64,000 nt of DNA from Heterodontus francisci (Eukaryota), in the NCBI RefSeq assembly GCF_036365525.1, contig NC_090408.1, positions 12,811,599 to 12,875,598 of the forward strand, given 5' to 3'. The notes under the pieces are model-generated. The model searched no databases. It was not told where the DNA came from and worked only from the letters and a program-made list of their open reading frames with translations. Position 1 is the stretch's first letter. Each line of letters begins with the position of its first letter. The position numbers were made by a program, and so were the translations under genes. Shown piece by piece: positions 26,200 through 39,087 of the stretch.

Positions 26200-27852
26200 G
26201 GGCAAGGCTGGAATACTTAATGAGTACTTTGTATCAGTTTTTACTAAGGGAGAAGCTGCTGACAAAACATTAGTAGAAGTAGAGATGGTAGAGGTAATGG
26301 ATGAGATGAAAATTGATAGGCAGAATATACTGGAAAGGCTGACTATGCTTGGAGTTGATAAGTCATCTGGTCTGGGTGTCTTACATCCCAGGTTGCTAAG
26401 GGAAGAAGGGGTGGAGATAGTGGAAGTGCTTGCCATAATCTTCCAATCTTCCGTAGATAAGGGGAGGTGCCAGAGGATTGGAAAGTATCCTTGCACAAGG
26501 ATATTCTTAGTAACTACAGGCTGGCCAGTTTAGCATCAGTGGTGGGTAAGGTTTTAGAAAGAATAATCAGGGAAAAAATCAACAAGCACTTGGAGAGGTT
26601 TGAGTTAATTGAGGAGAGCCAGCATGGATTCTTAAAAGGCAGATCGTGCTTGACTAATCTAATTGAATTTTTTGATAAGGTAATAAAGGAGGTTGATGAA
26701 GGGAACACAGTGGATGTTGTCTATATGGATTTTAAGAAAGCTTTTGATTAAGTACCACATAAAAGGTTGGTTAACAAAACTGAGGCTCATGGAATAGGAG
26801 GGCCAGTGTCCAATTGGATTAAAAATTGGTTTAAGGACAGAAAACAGCGAGTCTTGGCAAATGTTTATATATCAGAATGGAGGATGGTAGACAGTGGTGT
26901 TCCCCAAGGGTCAGTGCTAGGAATACTACTTTTTTGATATATATAAATGACTTGGATATTGGAATGCAGAGTAAAACTTCAAAATTTGCTGATGATACCA
27001 AACTTGGATGTGTGGCAAACAGTGAGGATGATACAAATCAGCTGCAATGGGAACTAGATAAGCTAGCCGAATGGGCAGACAAGTGCCAGATGGAATTTAA
27101 TACAGAGAAATGTGAAGTGATGCATTTTGGTAGGAGAGATAGGGAGAGGCAATATGGGCAGAAAGGCACAGTTCTAAAGAGTGTGCAGGGGCAAAGAGAT
27201 CTTGGGATTCATGTGCAGAGATCGTTGAAGGTGGTAGGACATACTGAGAGAATAATTAGCAAAGCATATGAGATATTGGGCTTCATAAATAGAAGTTTGA
27301 GTACAAAAGCAGGGAAGTTTTGCTAAACCTTTATAAAGTTCTTGTTCGGCCACAAGTAGACTATTGTGTCCAGTTCTGGTGACCAGACTTTAGAAATGAT
27401 GTGACTAGGATGCAGAAGAGATTTACCAGAATGGTTCTAGGGATGAGCGATTTTAGCTACAAGGTCAGGTTGGAAATGCTGGGGTTGTTCTCCTTGGAGC
27501 AAAGCAGGATGAAGGGAGATCTGATAAATGTGTATAAAATCAGGACAGGTTTGATAAGGCATGAGGACCAGGGACTCAGATTTAACGTTTTGGGCAAGAG
27601 ATACAGCGGGGATGTGAGAAAGATCATTTTTACACAGCGAGTGGTAATGACCTGGAACTCAGTGCCTACGAGGAAGGTAGAAGCAGAGACAATCAATGAC
27701 TTTAAAAGGAAATTGGATGGGCACTTGAGGGAAATAAACCTGCAGAGATATGGGGATAGAGCAGGGAAATGGAACTAACTGGATTGCTCTATAGAGCTGC
27801 ATGGACTCGATGAGCCAAATGACGTCTTTCTATTCTATAATGACTCTATGAC
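26200..27852 (+). mobile_element. CR1 LINE RT-to-3' fragment inserted in an L2 fragment
   Basis: ORFs 26063..27778 carry QHGF, DFKKAFD and KFADDTK; tail ctataatgactctatg. Flanks encode L2-like IHAFVTSRLD | LANLP. Confidence 0.88.
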
Positions 27853-28360
27853 TTTGCTGGCCAACCTTCCACCTTGCACTCTTCTGAAACGTGAGCTCCT
27901 CCTAAACTCTGCTGACTGTACCTTAATGCACACCAAGTCCTGCTCACCCATCACCCCTGTGCTCGCTGTCCTACACCACAATGCCTTGATTTTAAAATTC
28001 TCATCCTTATATTCAAATCCCTCCATGGCCACACCCCTCGCTATCTCTATAATCTCCTCCAGCCCTACAACACTCTGCGATCTCTGAGCTCCTCCAATTC
28101 TAGCCTGCTGCGTTTCCCCAGTTTTCCTCGTTCAAGTTTTAGCCATCCTGCCTTCATCTTCCTAGGCCCTAAATTCTGGAATTCCTTCCTTCAACCCTTC
28201 CGTCTCTCTCCTCCTCAAAATCTATTTCTTTGACCAACTTTTGGTCACCGGTCCTAATATCTCCTTATGTGGCTCGATGTCAAATTCTGTTTGATAACAT
28301 TCCTGTGAAGTACCTTGGGACATTTCACTATGTTAAAGGCACAAAGTAAATGCGAGTGGC
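27853..28360 (+). mobile_element. L2-type LINE 3' end
   Basis: SPITPVLAVLH motif (ORF 27848..28087) and the recurring tail ttttggtcac...cctaatatctccttatgtggctc. Confidence 0.7.
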
Positions 28361-30009
28361 TTTTCTAACATGAAAGAATTCCTCTACATTAATCATGGCT
28401 CAGTTCTAACCTGAGGCATTGAGGGTAGATGTTCCTCTGTATTATCCCTGAGGAGTGTACAGTTCCCAGGTGCAGTGAAGGAGAGATGTGGATAGAGACC
28501 CAATTATTCAGGTATCCCTCTCCACTGCGATGCCCCTGGAATTCCAAGGGTTGTCTAGATGAGCATAGTGGAGCCCGCAACAGATACAGGTGCCAGCAGT
28601 GATATTTAAATGAGATGGAAAGGGGTGTTTCTGGACTTCGCACCTCAATTCTCTCTTTGCTCAGCCATGGGATGTCCAAATATAGATGGGCCTAAAAAGC
28701 TGGCATGATCACTTGCTCCAGGACTCCTGGTAGCCAGAGATTGTGTGAGGGTAGTGGGAGATCCCAAAGGTAGAAGATGGCTTCAGATAAGTGTCTCTTG
28801 TTTTCCCCTATGACAATTTTCAGGCCTTTGGACCTTCTCACTGCTACTCTCCATGAGGTCAGTGACAGGTTTGCAAACTGCAGTCTGGAGGAGATAAATT
28901 ACCTTATGCTCCCAAAGTAATGGCTCCTGTTGGAAGCAACAATACTTTAGTGTACGTTTTATTCAGATCAGAAGGCGTTTGAGGAACAACCTAGCAGAAC
29001 AACTAGGTACCTCTCCACTTCCCGCTGACAACTCGAGTTATCTCTACTGCATCTTCTTACACCCTATGTAGACCCTGATGTGGATAGCTGGAGTTAAGAT
29101 ATAGATCAGTCATGTTCTAATTGAATGGCGAAACAGGTTCGAGGGGCTGAATGGCCTAATCCTGTTCCATGGTGGTATTTAGAGAAGTCCGAGGGAAGCC
29201 TACTCAAAGATTATCTACTCATTAACATTTGTTGTTTGTGGGATGTTGCTGTGTTCATATTGGCTGCTGGATTTGCCTATTAAACAATCACCACACTTCA
29301 AAAGTAACTCATTGACTGCAAGGTCACCCTGGGTTCTTGATCAGGTTCTCCATAAATGCTTTCTTAATAAAGGGTTTTCAACAAAACAGTCACACTAAAT
29401 AAAATGAATGAACACGATGTTCAAAGGGTGCCTCTGATTTGGTAAGCCTTCAATATTATGCTCTGAAATGTTCCAATATTCTGCTGTTTAGTTAAATGGA
29501 TTTACAGGGTACATTCACTGACTTATTAATCTAAACACTCCACTGCAGAATATTCAGGTTTGAATCTGTCCATCAATGATTATTATTCCTCTGGAGATTT
29601 TCCAAATCCAAGTTATGTTCACTTGCATTTATATCAATAAATTTAAGATATAACCACAATCATTTTTGCTGTTTAGAAATCAGATACTGAATAAATTATT
29701 GATTTTGCATTGTAAGATCTGATAACTGCATGTAAATATGCAATATATGGTTATGATATGAACATTTTATTTATGCTCACTGCAAAGGATAGCTTCCATA
29801 ACTTAGCTGTACCTTCAATGAACTAAAACTCAACCTTACGCATGAACTGGCTGAAACGAATGTATTTTAGGATTAATAATTCACTCTTACACAGCTGGAT
29901 TGAAATAGAAGCAGAGAGTGATCAGTATATACTTCTGAGCCCTTCAATGGGTTGAAAAACACAACAGTAACAAAGAGCTCAGGCTAAATCTACAAATCGA
30001 GTTTATAGA

Positions 30010-30440
30010 GGCAATCATTACAGCACAGAAGGAAGCCATAAGGACAATTGAGTCCTTGCCAGCTCTTTGTGGAGCAATCCAGTCAGTCCCATTCCCCCAC
30101 TCTATCCCCGTAGCCTTGCAAGTTTATTTCCCTCAAGTGCCCATCCAATTTCCTTTTGAAATCATTAATTGTCTCCGCTTCCACCACTCTCATAGACAGC
30201 GACTTCCAGGTTATTACCACTGCATAAAAAAATGTTCTTCATCACATCCCCCCGCATCTCTTCCCCAAAACCTTAAATTTGTGCCCCCCTAGTTCTTGTA
30301 CCATCAGCTAATGGGAACAGCTTTTCTTTGTCTACCTTATCTAAACATGTCCTAATCTTATACAGCTCTACCAAATCTCCCCTCAATCTCCTTTGGTCCA
30401 GGGAGAAACCTAGCCTCTTTTTGTAACCTTGTAGCTAAAA
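30010..30440 (-). mobile_element. CR1 3' fragment
   Basis: Reverse complement of the CR1 C-terminal coding region and 3' UTR. Confidence 0.7.
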
Positions 30441-30999
30441 TCCCGACATCAAATGCACACATATAAGTTGTCTTCGTTTGGCATTCTAGAGCAAAAGAGC
30501 TTCATCCAACTTTGTTGATGTCTTTGCATTTAAATAATCCTGCCAGTTACTTGGGAAATATTGTTGAACTGACTAAACTAAAGACACGGTGAAAAGCCAG
30601 TGAAACTATACCTGGTCTTGTTAGCCTGTTACACTTGAGATCAAAAGACTCCTTTCTTCACCAAGAAAGTTTCTTGGAAGAAACCCCAGATTTTTTTCAT
30701 AGTAGGTAATTAAACAAGGTTTCAAACAATTATATTTGTGTGGCTGACAGAGCGTCAGCTGTTGCCTTTTGGCGATGATTTAGGTTTTCAATTTTCCAAC
30801 TCTTGATTGACATTTCAAGTAGCTTCTTTCTTAGCAACAATAATGTGACTACTCTCTGTATGAAAACCTTGCATCTATTAACTTTTCGAAGCCTGAGCTA
30901 TCTGGCCAACTAATCTAAAATTAACAAGAGATTGTTTAAACACAAAGCGGGTGATTTTTCCTGGATACTTTAGATGCTAAAGAGTCTCCAGTGTGGCCA

Positions 31000-32660
31000 A
31001 TTTGGGGCCTTAAGCTGAAAAACCGGTTTAACCAGATGATGAAGGAGTTTTTCCTGACTTCAAAGCTTCTGCACAAGCCAGTGTAACCTGTATTTAGCAC
31101 AAGACGCCATCTTAGTAAAGGAGATGAAGTTTATGCTAGGAGTATTGTTAACTGCTTTCAGGTTAGTTGCTGGTTGATTTCTTCAGGCTGTTGCTATGAT
31201 TCTACAAGGGTCTGAGCTTTCTATAGTTGTTTGAAGTTGCAAATGTCTACAGGAAGTGCTGTGGCAGATTCCAAAGGAGCTTTTCCTGACACCAAGGCTT
31301 CTGCACAAGCCAGTTGCTCCCAGACATGAATGCACTAGTAGCCATTCCCCTTGGAATGCAGCTTGACTGACAGAATGAATAGAGGGCCATGAAGAGTAGG
31401 ACAAGCTACTGGAAGAGGAAGGAGGAGTCAAAGGGCTCTCAGCAGGAGGTCATATCCACTCAGGGAGCAATTCTCCAACCTCATCCTCAGTGAGGAATAA
31501 TATGTGAGACATCTGCACTTCAGTAAGGACATCCTCACTGAAATTTACCACCTGATGCAGCCACAATTGCCACCTGAGAGCATGGCAAGGTTCGCATTGC
31601 CAGTGGCTGTGAGGTGACCATGATGATGAACTTTTATGTGCTTGGCTCAGGGGGTTTGTGCTCTTTGGAGTGACTGCCACTCCCCTGGAGCAGCACCTCA
31701 GCAATCTTAGTCAACTGTTGGAGGGCAGATTGTTGGACTTCTGCGACACTCTGCAAGCCCCTTTTCACACTGTAATCCACAGCCATGATGGCAGCAGTCT
31801 CAGCTTGCACTGCAGTACACAGACATTGGGTGGCTGCTGGTTCTGCTGCAATGGAAGCTGCAACATCAGCCATCAGACGTTGCATCTTGGTTGGGTCCAC
31901 AATTGTGCATATGGTGTTGGCCACCACTTCAACACTGGAATGGATGGGCTCCAAGCTCTGTGCAAATCTCAATGCCAAGCTGGTGCTGTACTCTTCATTG
32001 CTTCTTTCTGACAGACCTGCCAGTGCAGCAAGCATTTCACTGTGCATACACATGAACTTTCTTCTGTAGGCCACCCCCATTGAAGTGCTCAGCGGAATCC
32101 TTTGCAGCAGAACTCGTGTGCGATCTCCCCCTTCATCGAGCTGATATCTGTTAGAGGCTTTCCTGGCTGTAGGGCACTAGTGGCCAGTGTCTTACCTCGA
32201 GTGTGAAATCGAGTGACAATGGGTCTTCATCATCCTTCTCTTCTTGCCATTCCTCCACTGCCTGGCCAGGTTGCACTTCTTGGGTGTCTGAAAGGAGAGG
32301 GGAGCAAGGATAAGGTTATGCTGCGGGGAGTGAGGGGGAATTAAGAGGTGCATGCTAACACCAGTTGCAGCTTGTAAGAGAGAGTGTGGGATGAGGGGGA
32401 GGTGGGATGCGAGAAGGAGGATTAGATATGAGGATATCACCACCTTCGATGAGTCCTGCCACAGGATAAGGCCTCAGCAATGGTCATTCTGATAATGACC
32501 AGCACCGACTCCTCCATGGGGTCAGGATATGCAGGCACGCCTGTACCCCTGAGGTTAGCTGCTGCTGCCTCTGGTTGTTCTCTACCTTGTCTTGCAACAG
32601 CGAGGGGAGCGTGTCAGTGAGTGTTGTGCAATCTGGGCAATGTTGCTGTCATAGTTGAAT
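31000..32660. mobile_element. Second, internally deleted Harbinger remnant
   Basis: Plus strand 31450-31620 reads REQFSNLILSEE*YVRHLHFSKDILTEIYHLMQPQL...ALPVAV (nuclease N-terminus). Minus ORF 31634..32080 is homologous to ORF 20378..20833. Confidence 0.65.
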
Positions 32661-32662
32661 AG

Positions 32663-32822
32663 TTGATAGATAAATTGGCCGTTGTAAATTGCCCCTGGTG
32701 TAGGTAGGTGGTAGGGAATATGGGATTACTGTAGGGTTATTATAAATGGGTGGTTGTTGGTCGGCACAGACTCAGTGGGCTGAAGGGCCTGTTTCAGTGC
32801 TGTATCTCTAAATAAAAATAAA
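32663..32822 (+). mobile_element. HE1-like SINE 3' half
   Basis: Matches the reverse complement of 4293-4490. Confidence 0.75.
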
Positions 32823-33145
32823 TCAATATATACAATCCAGAAATACTTTATCACTTCTAAGCAGGTTGGAGCCCCATTTCTGTCACATGAACATGTTGAC
32901 TGCAGGGAGTAATGTCCCAGAAGTCCATATCAGAAATTTGGACATGGGCTGTGTACACTTTTCCAACCATTTATAATTCATTATCGGGAAACCATGCACA
33001 GTGTGCACCTGAGTTCCAAATGTGCACTCCTGGTAGCAGAGGGTCAGTTCCTGAGGTGCAAAATCAAAACAATACCATTATATTATCTGAAAGCACATCT
33101 TCAAAATTCAGTGGCAGACCTATTACCCAAATTTGTTTTCATAAA

Positions 33146-33596
33146 GAATGAAAGAACAAACCTTTATTTAGATAGCACCTTTCATGACCTCAGGACCTTC
33201 CAAAGTGCTTTACAATGAAGCGCTTTTGAATCGTAGTCACTTGCAATGTATGGTAGTGTGGTAGCTAATTTGTGTACAGCAAGCTCCCACAAACTACTCT
33301 GTAATAAATGACTAGATAACATGTTTTAGTTGTTAGTTGATGGACAAATATTGGCCAGGACACTGGAAGAACTCCCTTGGTTTTCTTTGAATAGTGCCAT
33401 GGGACCTGTATATCTCCCAAAGTGGACAGACAGGCCTCAGCTTAATGCCACATCTGAAACATGACACCTTTGACAGTGCAGCACTCCCTCAGTTTGCACT
33501 GGAGTGTCAGCCTGGATTATATGTCAAATCGCTGGAATGGGGCTGGAACCCATGAGTTTCTGACTCAGACTAAAGTGCTACCATTGAGCCAAGGCC
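33146..33596 (-). mobile_element. Deu-domain tRNA SINE, near complete
   Basis: Minus strand has a tRNA-like head (ggctcaatggtagcac...ggttccagccc), the Deu-like core gtgtcctggccaatatt and an L2-like tail. Confidence 0.75.
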
Positions 33597-34227
33597 TGGT
33601 GGTGTGCCCAATTAGTTAAAGTTATTCCTGCATGTTTACCTCCAACATTTTTTTTCCCACAATGTTGCTGGAAGTACAAGCCGATAATGGTGTGGTGAGG
33701 ACAATAGGGCATTTGGGACCTTGGTGAATAACAGGACCAATAATTTATTGCTTAACTAATAAAATTTAAGGATTGAGACATAAACAGAGGCAGGACTGAG
33801 AAGGAGGGTAAATTAGAGTGGATTAAAATCAGTGTCAAATCAGGGAAGAAAGGAAAATAAAGAGAGGGAAAGAAAGACTGATCAAAATGAGGATGTAAAA
33901 AGATAAACAAAAAGTAAGATAAAAAAGTTAAACTTAAAACTTGAGCTTAACATCTCCTTGAACAGTTCACAACTTGAAAGAATGAGACTCAGCATTTATA
34001 ATTGTTCACTTTCTGGGGCAGAAAAGGTTGATTGGGAATCATTACCAATTAACATGTAGATTACTGGACTAGACAACAGCATCCACCGAGAGGGGGGCAA
34101 TTTTGACTTTGAGAAATGGAATAAAACAGATAATCGTGAGTTGGCAGTTCATTTTACACCAAGTCAATGAAAATAAAAACCTGGAGAAATGGGAAATGGG
34201 CTGGCAATTCGTCATCACTCGTTTAAG

Positions 34228-35420
34228 TATTTTGGACTTTCAGAAGGCTTTCGACAAAGTCCCACATAAGAGATTAGCGTGTAAAATTAAAGCGCATGGG
34301 ATTGGGGGTAGTGTATTGCGATGGATAGAAAATTGGTTGGCAGACAGGAAACAAAGAGTAGGGATAAATGGGTCTTTTTCTGAATGGGAGGCAGTGACTA
34401 GTGGGGTACCACAGGGATCGGTGCTAGGACCCCAGCTATTCACAATATATATTAATGATTTAGATGAGGAAATTAAATGTAATATCTCCAAATATGCAGA
34501 TGACACAAAACTGGGTGGGAGGGTGAGTTGTGAGGAGGATGCAGAGAGGCTTCAGGGTGATTTGGACAAGTTGAGTGAGTGGGCTAATGCATGGCAGATG
34601 CAGTATAATGTGGATAAATGCGAGGTTATCCACTTTGGTAGCAAAAACAGGAAGGCAGATTATTATCTGAATGGCTATAAACTGAGAGAGGGGAATATGC
34701 AATGAGACCTGGGTGTTCTCGTACACCAGTCACTGAAGGTAAGCATGCAGGTGCAACAGGCGGTAAAAAAGGCAAATGGTGTGTTGGCCTTCATAGTGAG
34801 AGGATTTGAGTACAGGAGCAGGGATGTCTTGCTGCAATTATACAGGGCCTAGGTGAGGCCACACATGGAATATTGTGTGCAGTTTTGGTCTCCTTATCTG
34901 AGGAAGGATGTTCTTGCTATCGAGGGAGTGCAGCGAAGGTTTACCAGACTGATTCCTGGGATGGCAGGACTGACGTATGAGGAGAGATTGAGTTGGTTAG
35001 GATTATATTCACTAGAGTAGAGAAGAGTGAGGGGGGATCTCATAGAAACCTACAAAATTCTAACAGGACTTGACAGGGTAGATGCAGGAAGGATGTTCCC
35101 GATGGTGGGGGAGTCCAGAACCAGGGATCATAGTCTAAGGATACGGAGTAAACCTTTCGGGACCGAGATGAGGAGAAATTTCTTCACCCAGAGAGTAGTG
35201 AACCTGTGGAATTCGTTACCACAGAAAGCAGTTGAGGCCAAAACATTGTATGTTTTCAAGAAGGAGTTAGATATAGCTCTTGGGTTTAAAGGGATCAAAG
35301 GATATGGGGCGAAAACGGGAACAGGGTACTGAGTTGGATGATCAGCCATGATCATAATGAATGGCGGAGCAGGCTCGATGGGCTGAATGGCCTACTCTTG
35401 CTCCTATTTTCTATGTTTCT
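34228..35420 (+). mobile_element. CR1 RT-to-3' fragment
   Basis: LDFQKAFDKVPH, VPQGSVLGP, KYADDTK; tail tttctatgtttctatg. Confidence 0.92.
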
Positions 35421-35654
35421 ATGTAAAACTGTTGCACAAAATCAAAATCACCCCTTATATTGTGTGCTTTACACAGCAAATCTGCCCAAAGTATTTTACA
35501 AAGGCCAGAAGCTGAATTTGACATCAAGAGTTTGAGAGAAGGGTTGAGAATAATTGATGATACTGTTGAGGAGGGTGATTTTGAGAAGTCTTTAGAAAGT
35601 AAAGAGAAATGTGGCAAAGGAGAGGGGTTTAGGAAGGGAGTTCCAGAGTGGAAC

Positions 35655-36825
35655 CATAGAACCATAGGAAAATTACACACAGAAGGAGGCCATTCAGCCC
35701 ATTGTGTCTGCATCAGCTGAAAAAACTAGCTGCCCAATCTAATCCCACCTTCCATCACCTGGCCTTGCAGGTTACAGCACTTCAGGTGCAAGTCCAGGTA
35801 CCTTTTTAAATGAGTTAGGGGTTTCTGCCTCCATCACCGATCCTGGCAGTGAATTCCAGGCACCCACCACCCTCTGGGTGAAAAAGTTTTTCCTCATGTC
35901 CCCTCTAATCCTTCTACCATTCACCTTAAATCTGTGCCCCCTGGTAACTGATCTCTCCACTAGGGAAAACAGCTCCTTCCTATCTATTCTATCCAGGCCC
36001 CTCATAATTTTGTACACCTCAATTAATTCACCCCTCAGCCTCCTCTATTCTAAGGAAAACAACTTTAGCCTATCCAATCTTTCCTCACAGCTGCAACTTT
36101 CAAGCCATGGCAACATTCTTGTAAATCTCTTTTGTGCTCTTTCCAGAGCAATTATGTCCTTCCTGTAATGTGGTGACCAGAACTGTACACAATACTCCAG
36201 CTGTGGCCTAACCAGCATTTTATACAGTTCCAGCATTACATCTCTGCTTTTGTATTCTATATCTTGGCCAATGAAGGAAAGCATTCCATATGCCTTCTTC
36301 ACCACTTTATCTACCTGTTCCGCCACCTTCAGGAATCTGTGGACATGCACTCCAAGGTCTCTTGCTTCTTCTACCCCTCTCAATATCCTCCCGTTTATTG
36401 TATATTCCCTCACTTTGTTTGCCTCCCCAAATGCATTATCTCACACTTCTCCTGATTAAATTCCATTTGCCTCTTTTCCACCCACTTGACCAAACCATTG
36501 ATATCTTTCTGGAGTCTACAGCTATCCTCTCCACTATCAACTGCATGGCCAATTTTTGTGTCAGCAGTGAATTTCCCAATCATGCCTCTCACATTTAAGT
36601 CCATATTATTAATATATTCCACAAACAGCAAGGGACCCAACACTGAGCCCTGTGGAACGCTACTGGAAACCGCTTTCCTTTCACAAAAACATCTATCAAC
36701 CACTACCCTTTGTTTCCTGTCACTGAGCCAATTTTGGATCCAACCTGCCACATTCCCATGTATCCCATGGGCTTTCATTTCTCTGACCAGTCTGCCATGT
36801 GGGACCTTGTCAAATGCCTTACTAA
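35655..36825 (-). mobile_element. CR1 RT-to-3' fragment
   Basis: ORFs 36410..36841, 36045..36413 and 35772..36017. Confidence 0.9.
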
Positions 36826-39087
36826 ATACATGGAGATACATGACGACTGAAGCTTCTGCCTCTGTTAGTAGAGTAGGAGGATGCAGTAATGGTTAGGAGA
36901 TGAGAATCAGAAAAATAGGGGGTCAAACAGGATACCAAGATTGTCAAGTCCAACTGCGGCGAACAGCCAGAAAGAGGGCTGGAATCAAAGACCAAGATAA
37001 AGCTCCAGATGCAGGTCAAACAGCATGGCTTTGGTCTTGGCAGTGTCGAGCAGCAGCCAATTCCATCTCATTAATAGCTTGATGTCAGATTGGAACAGAC
37101 AGTTTTTGACCCAAAAATAAGACGTGCCCAAAACATACAGCACATTGGTGAAACAATTGCCTTGTATGCCAGTTCATGTAAGCCTGAGCCATGATCAATA
37201 TTCGGTATCAGGCCTTATTTGAATTCAACCATGAGCTGGATGCACCAATTGGATGTCCCAATGCAGTTCACTGCTCATGGGCCTCAGGAATCTAGCCAGT
37301 TCCAATGCCAAGCAGGTAGGTCATGGGGGGAAAGCAATGTGGGGTGAGGGAGCAAGCACATCCCATCAGCAATCTGCAATATATTTTGTGGAACCAGTCA
37401 AGCACTATTCCTTCTGCTGCCTGTACAGAAATATAATGTTTGATGTTTTCTGGCTATGCCTTGAAAGCCTCTTTAAGGGTCACTGGTGAGGCTGCCCAAG
37501 ATTGCCAGTGCAATCTCCGCCCATTTATACACCAATTTCAATCGGGGTCCTAATGTCACGTGCAGGGCACCTAACGTATGTTTCAGGCACACCCAGAGGT
37601 CTCAGGCTTCCGACTTGACAATCTGTGCTTTTGAGGGGCGGTCAAGTGTGGGAGATCATGACCCAAAATTATCTCCCCAGGCTGCACTGAACGTCCAGGA
37701 AATGGGTAAAACTATATTGAAATTCTCCCACATGGAGTCAGGGATGGTCATAGAGTCATAGAATTTTAGAGTTATACAGCTCAGAAACAGGCCCTTCGGC
37801 CCATCATGTCTGCACCGGCCATCAAGCCTATCTATTCTAATCCCATTTTCCAGCACTTGGCCCGTAGCCTCGTATGCCATAATGGTGGTGGACAGGTATA
37901 GCTGGGTGTCAACAGAAAGGTGGAAGCTAATGCCATACTGGAGGCTAATGTGGTGGGGAGTCCGAGAGGAGATAGGAAAGGGCCAAATTACTTAAATCTA
38001 AATTATCCAGAATTGTAACAAAGTGTATGTCCTGTTGGTTGTTGGAGAAGATAAAAAATATTATCAAGATGCAAATTAATCCCAGGCAAAAAATTCACAA
38101 GTTGTGTTTATACTCAACCTAGTTTCATGGTCTTGAAACTGATCAAAATGTCATTATGAATAAAACCTCGCGCAACCAGAGTAGAAACTGCATGCAAAGC
38201 TCTGAATAATCGTCTTCCTCTTTTGTGAAAGGCCAATGTAATTCCTGTCCCATAAAATGCTGAGCAATGATATCCATCTCTCATTTGCTAAGATATACAG
38301 AGGATAGGATACAAAGTCTGAATCCACTGAGAACAATGATTTCCCATCAATATTTTAAATTGAAATTATAATCTGATTTTTAGTTGCTTGTTGGTATAAT
38401 AACCAAGCAACTGGGATTTCTTATTTACATATTGAATTCATTTTGCGAGCTGTAACAATCTAGTGTCGACAGGAATTTGTGCCTTGGAAAAATTGGCTTG
38501 CTGACTATAAAGATTCGGGAATGGCAGCTCAGCACATTTGTGATGTAGCTCTTGCTGCCCATACAAGTGATTCAAGGTCTGAGTCCTAATGGGTTGGAAA
38601 TTAGCCATGGCTTGTTCTCAGGTCCAATAACAGTGGCGCACCGACTGGGAGGTCAGTCCAATATTGGTCTTCAGGCTTCATAACCACCTATTTTGCAAGC
38701 TGCTGGCATCTGTGTCATCTGCACAAGCGACTTCCACGTTTTTATTACGAATATTGACCAGCCTGGCTCAGCTGGAGGGTGAGTCCTGGAAATTGGAGAG
38801 GGTAAAGTGGAGTAGCAGCATGTAGATGTGAGGACTGTGGAGTCAGGGGAATACTCCTGCTCCTCCTGCCTCCACAAGAATGTTTTTATCAAACGTACCT
38901 TTTAATGGCAGTCACTGGTTAAGCCAGAGCGACCGCTTAAGAATCCAAATGGAGCAGACCCAGCTCCTGTTCAAACCTACTCAATCCAAACCAATTTACG
39001 TAAGTGGGTCTAAATCAAGCATTAGGCTCTTTGTTTGACATCTCAAGGACTTCATGCGAGCCCTATCAAACAAAATTTGATGCCAAG

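Noticed and set aside
34228-36825. Tail-to-tail CR1 pair as an inverted-repeat or hairpin element
   Set aside because: Different CR1 subfamilies with distinct tails, so these are independent insertions.
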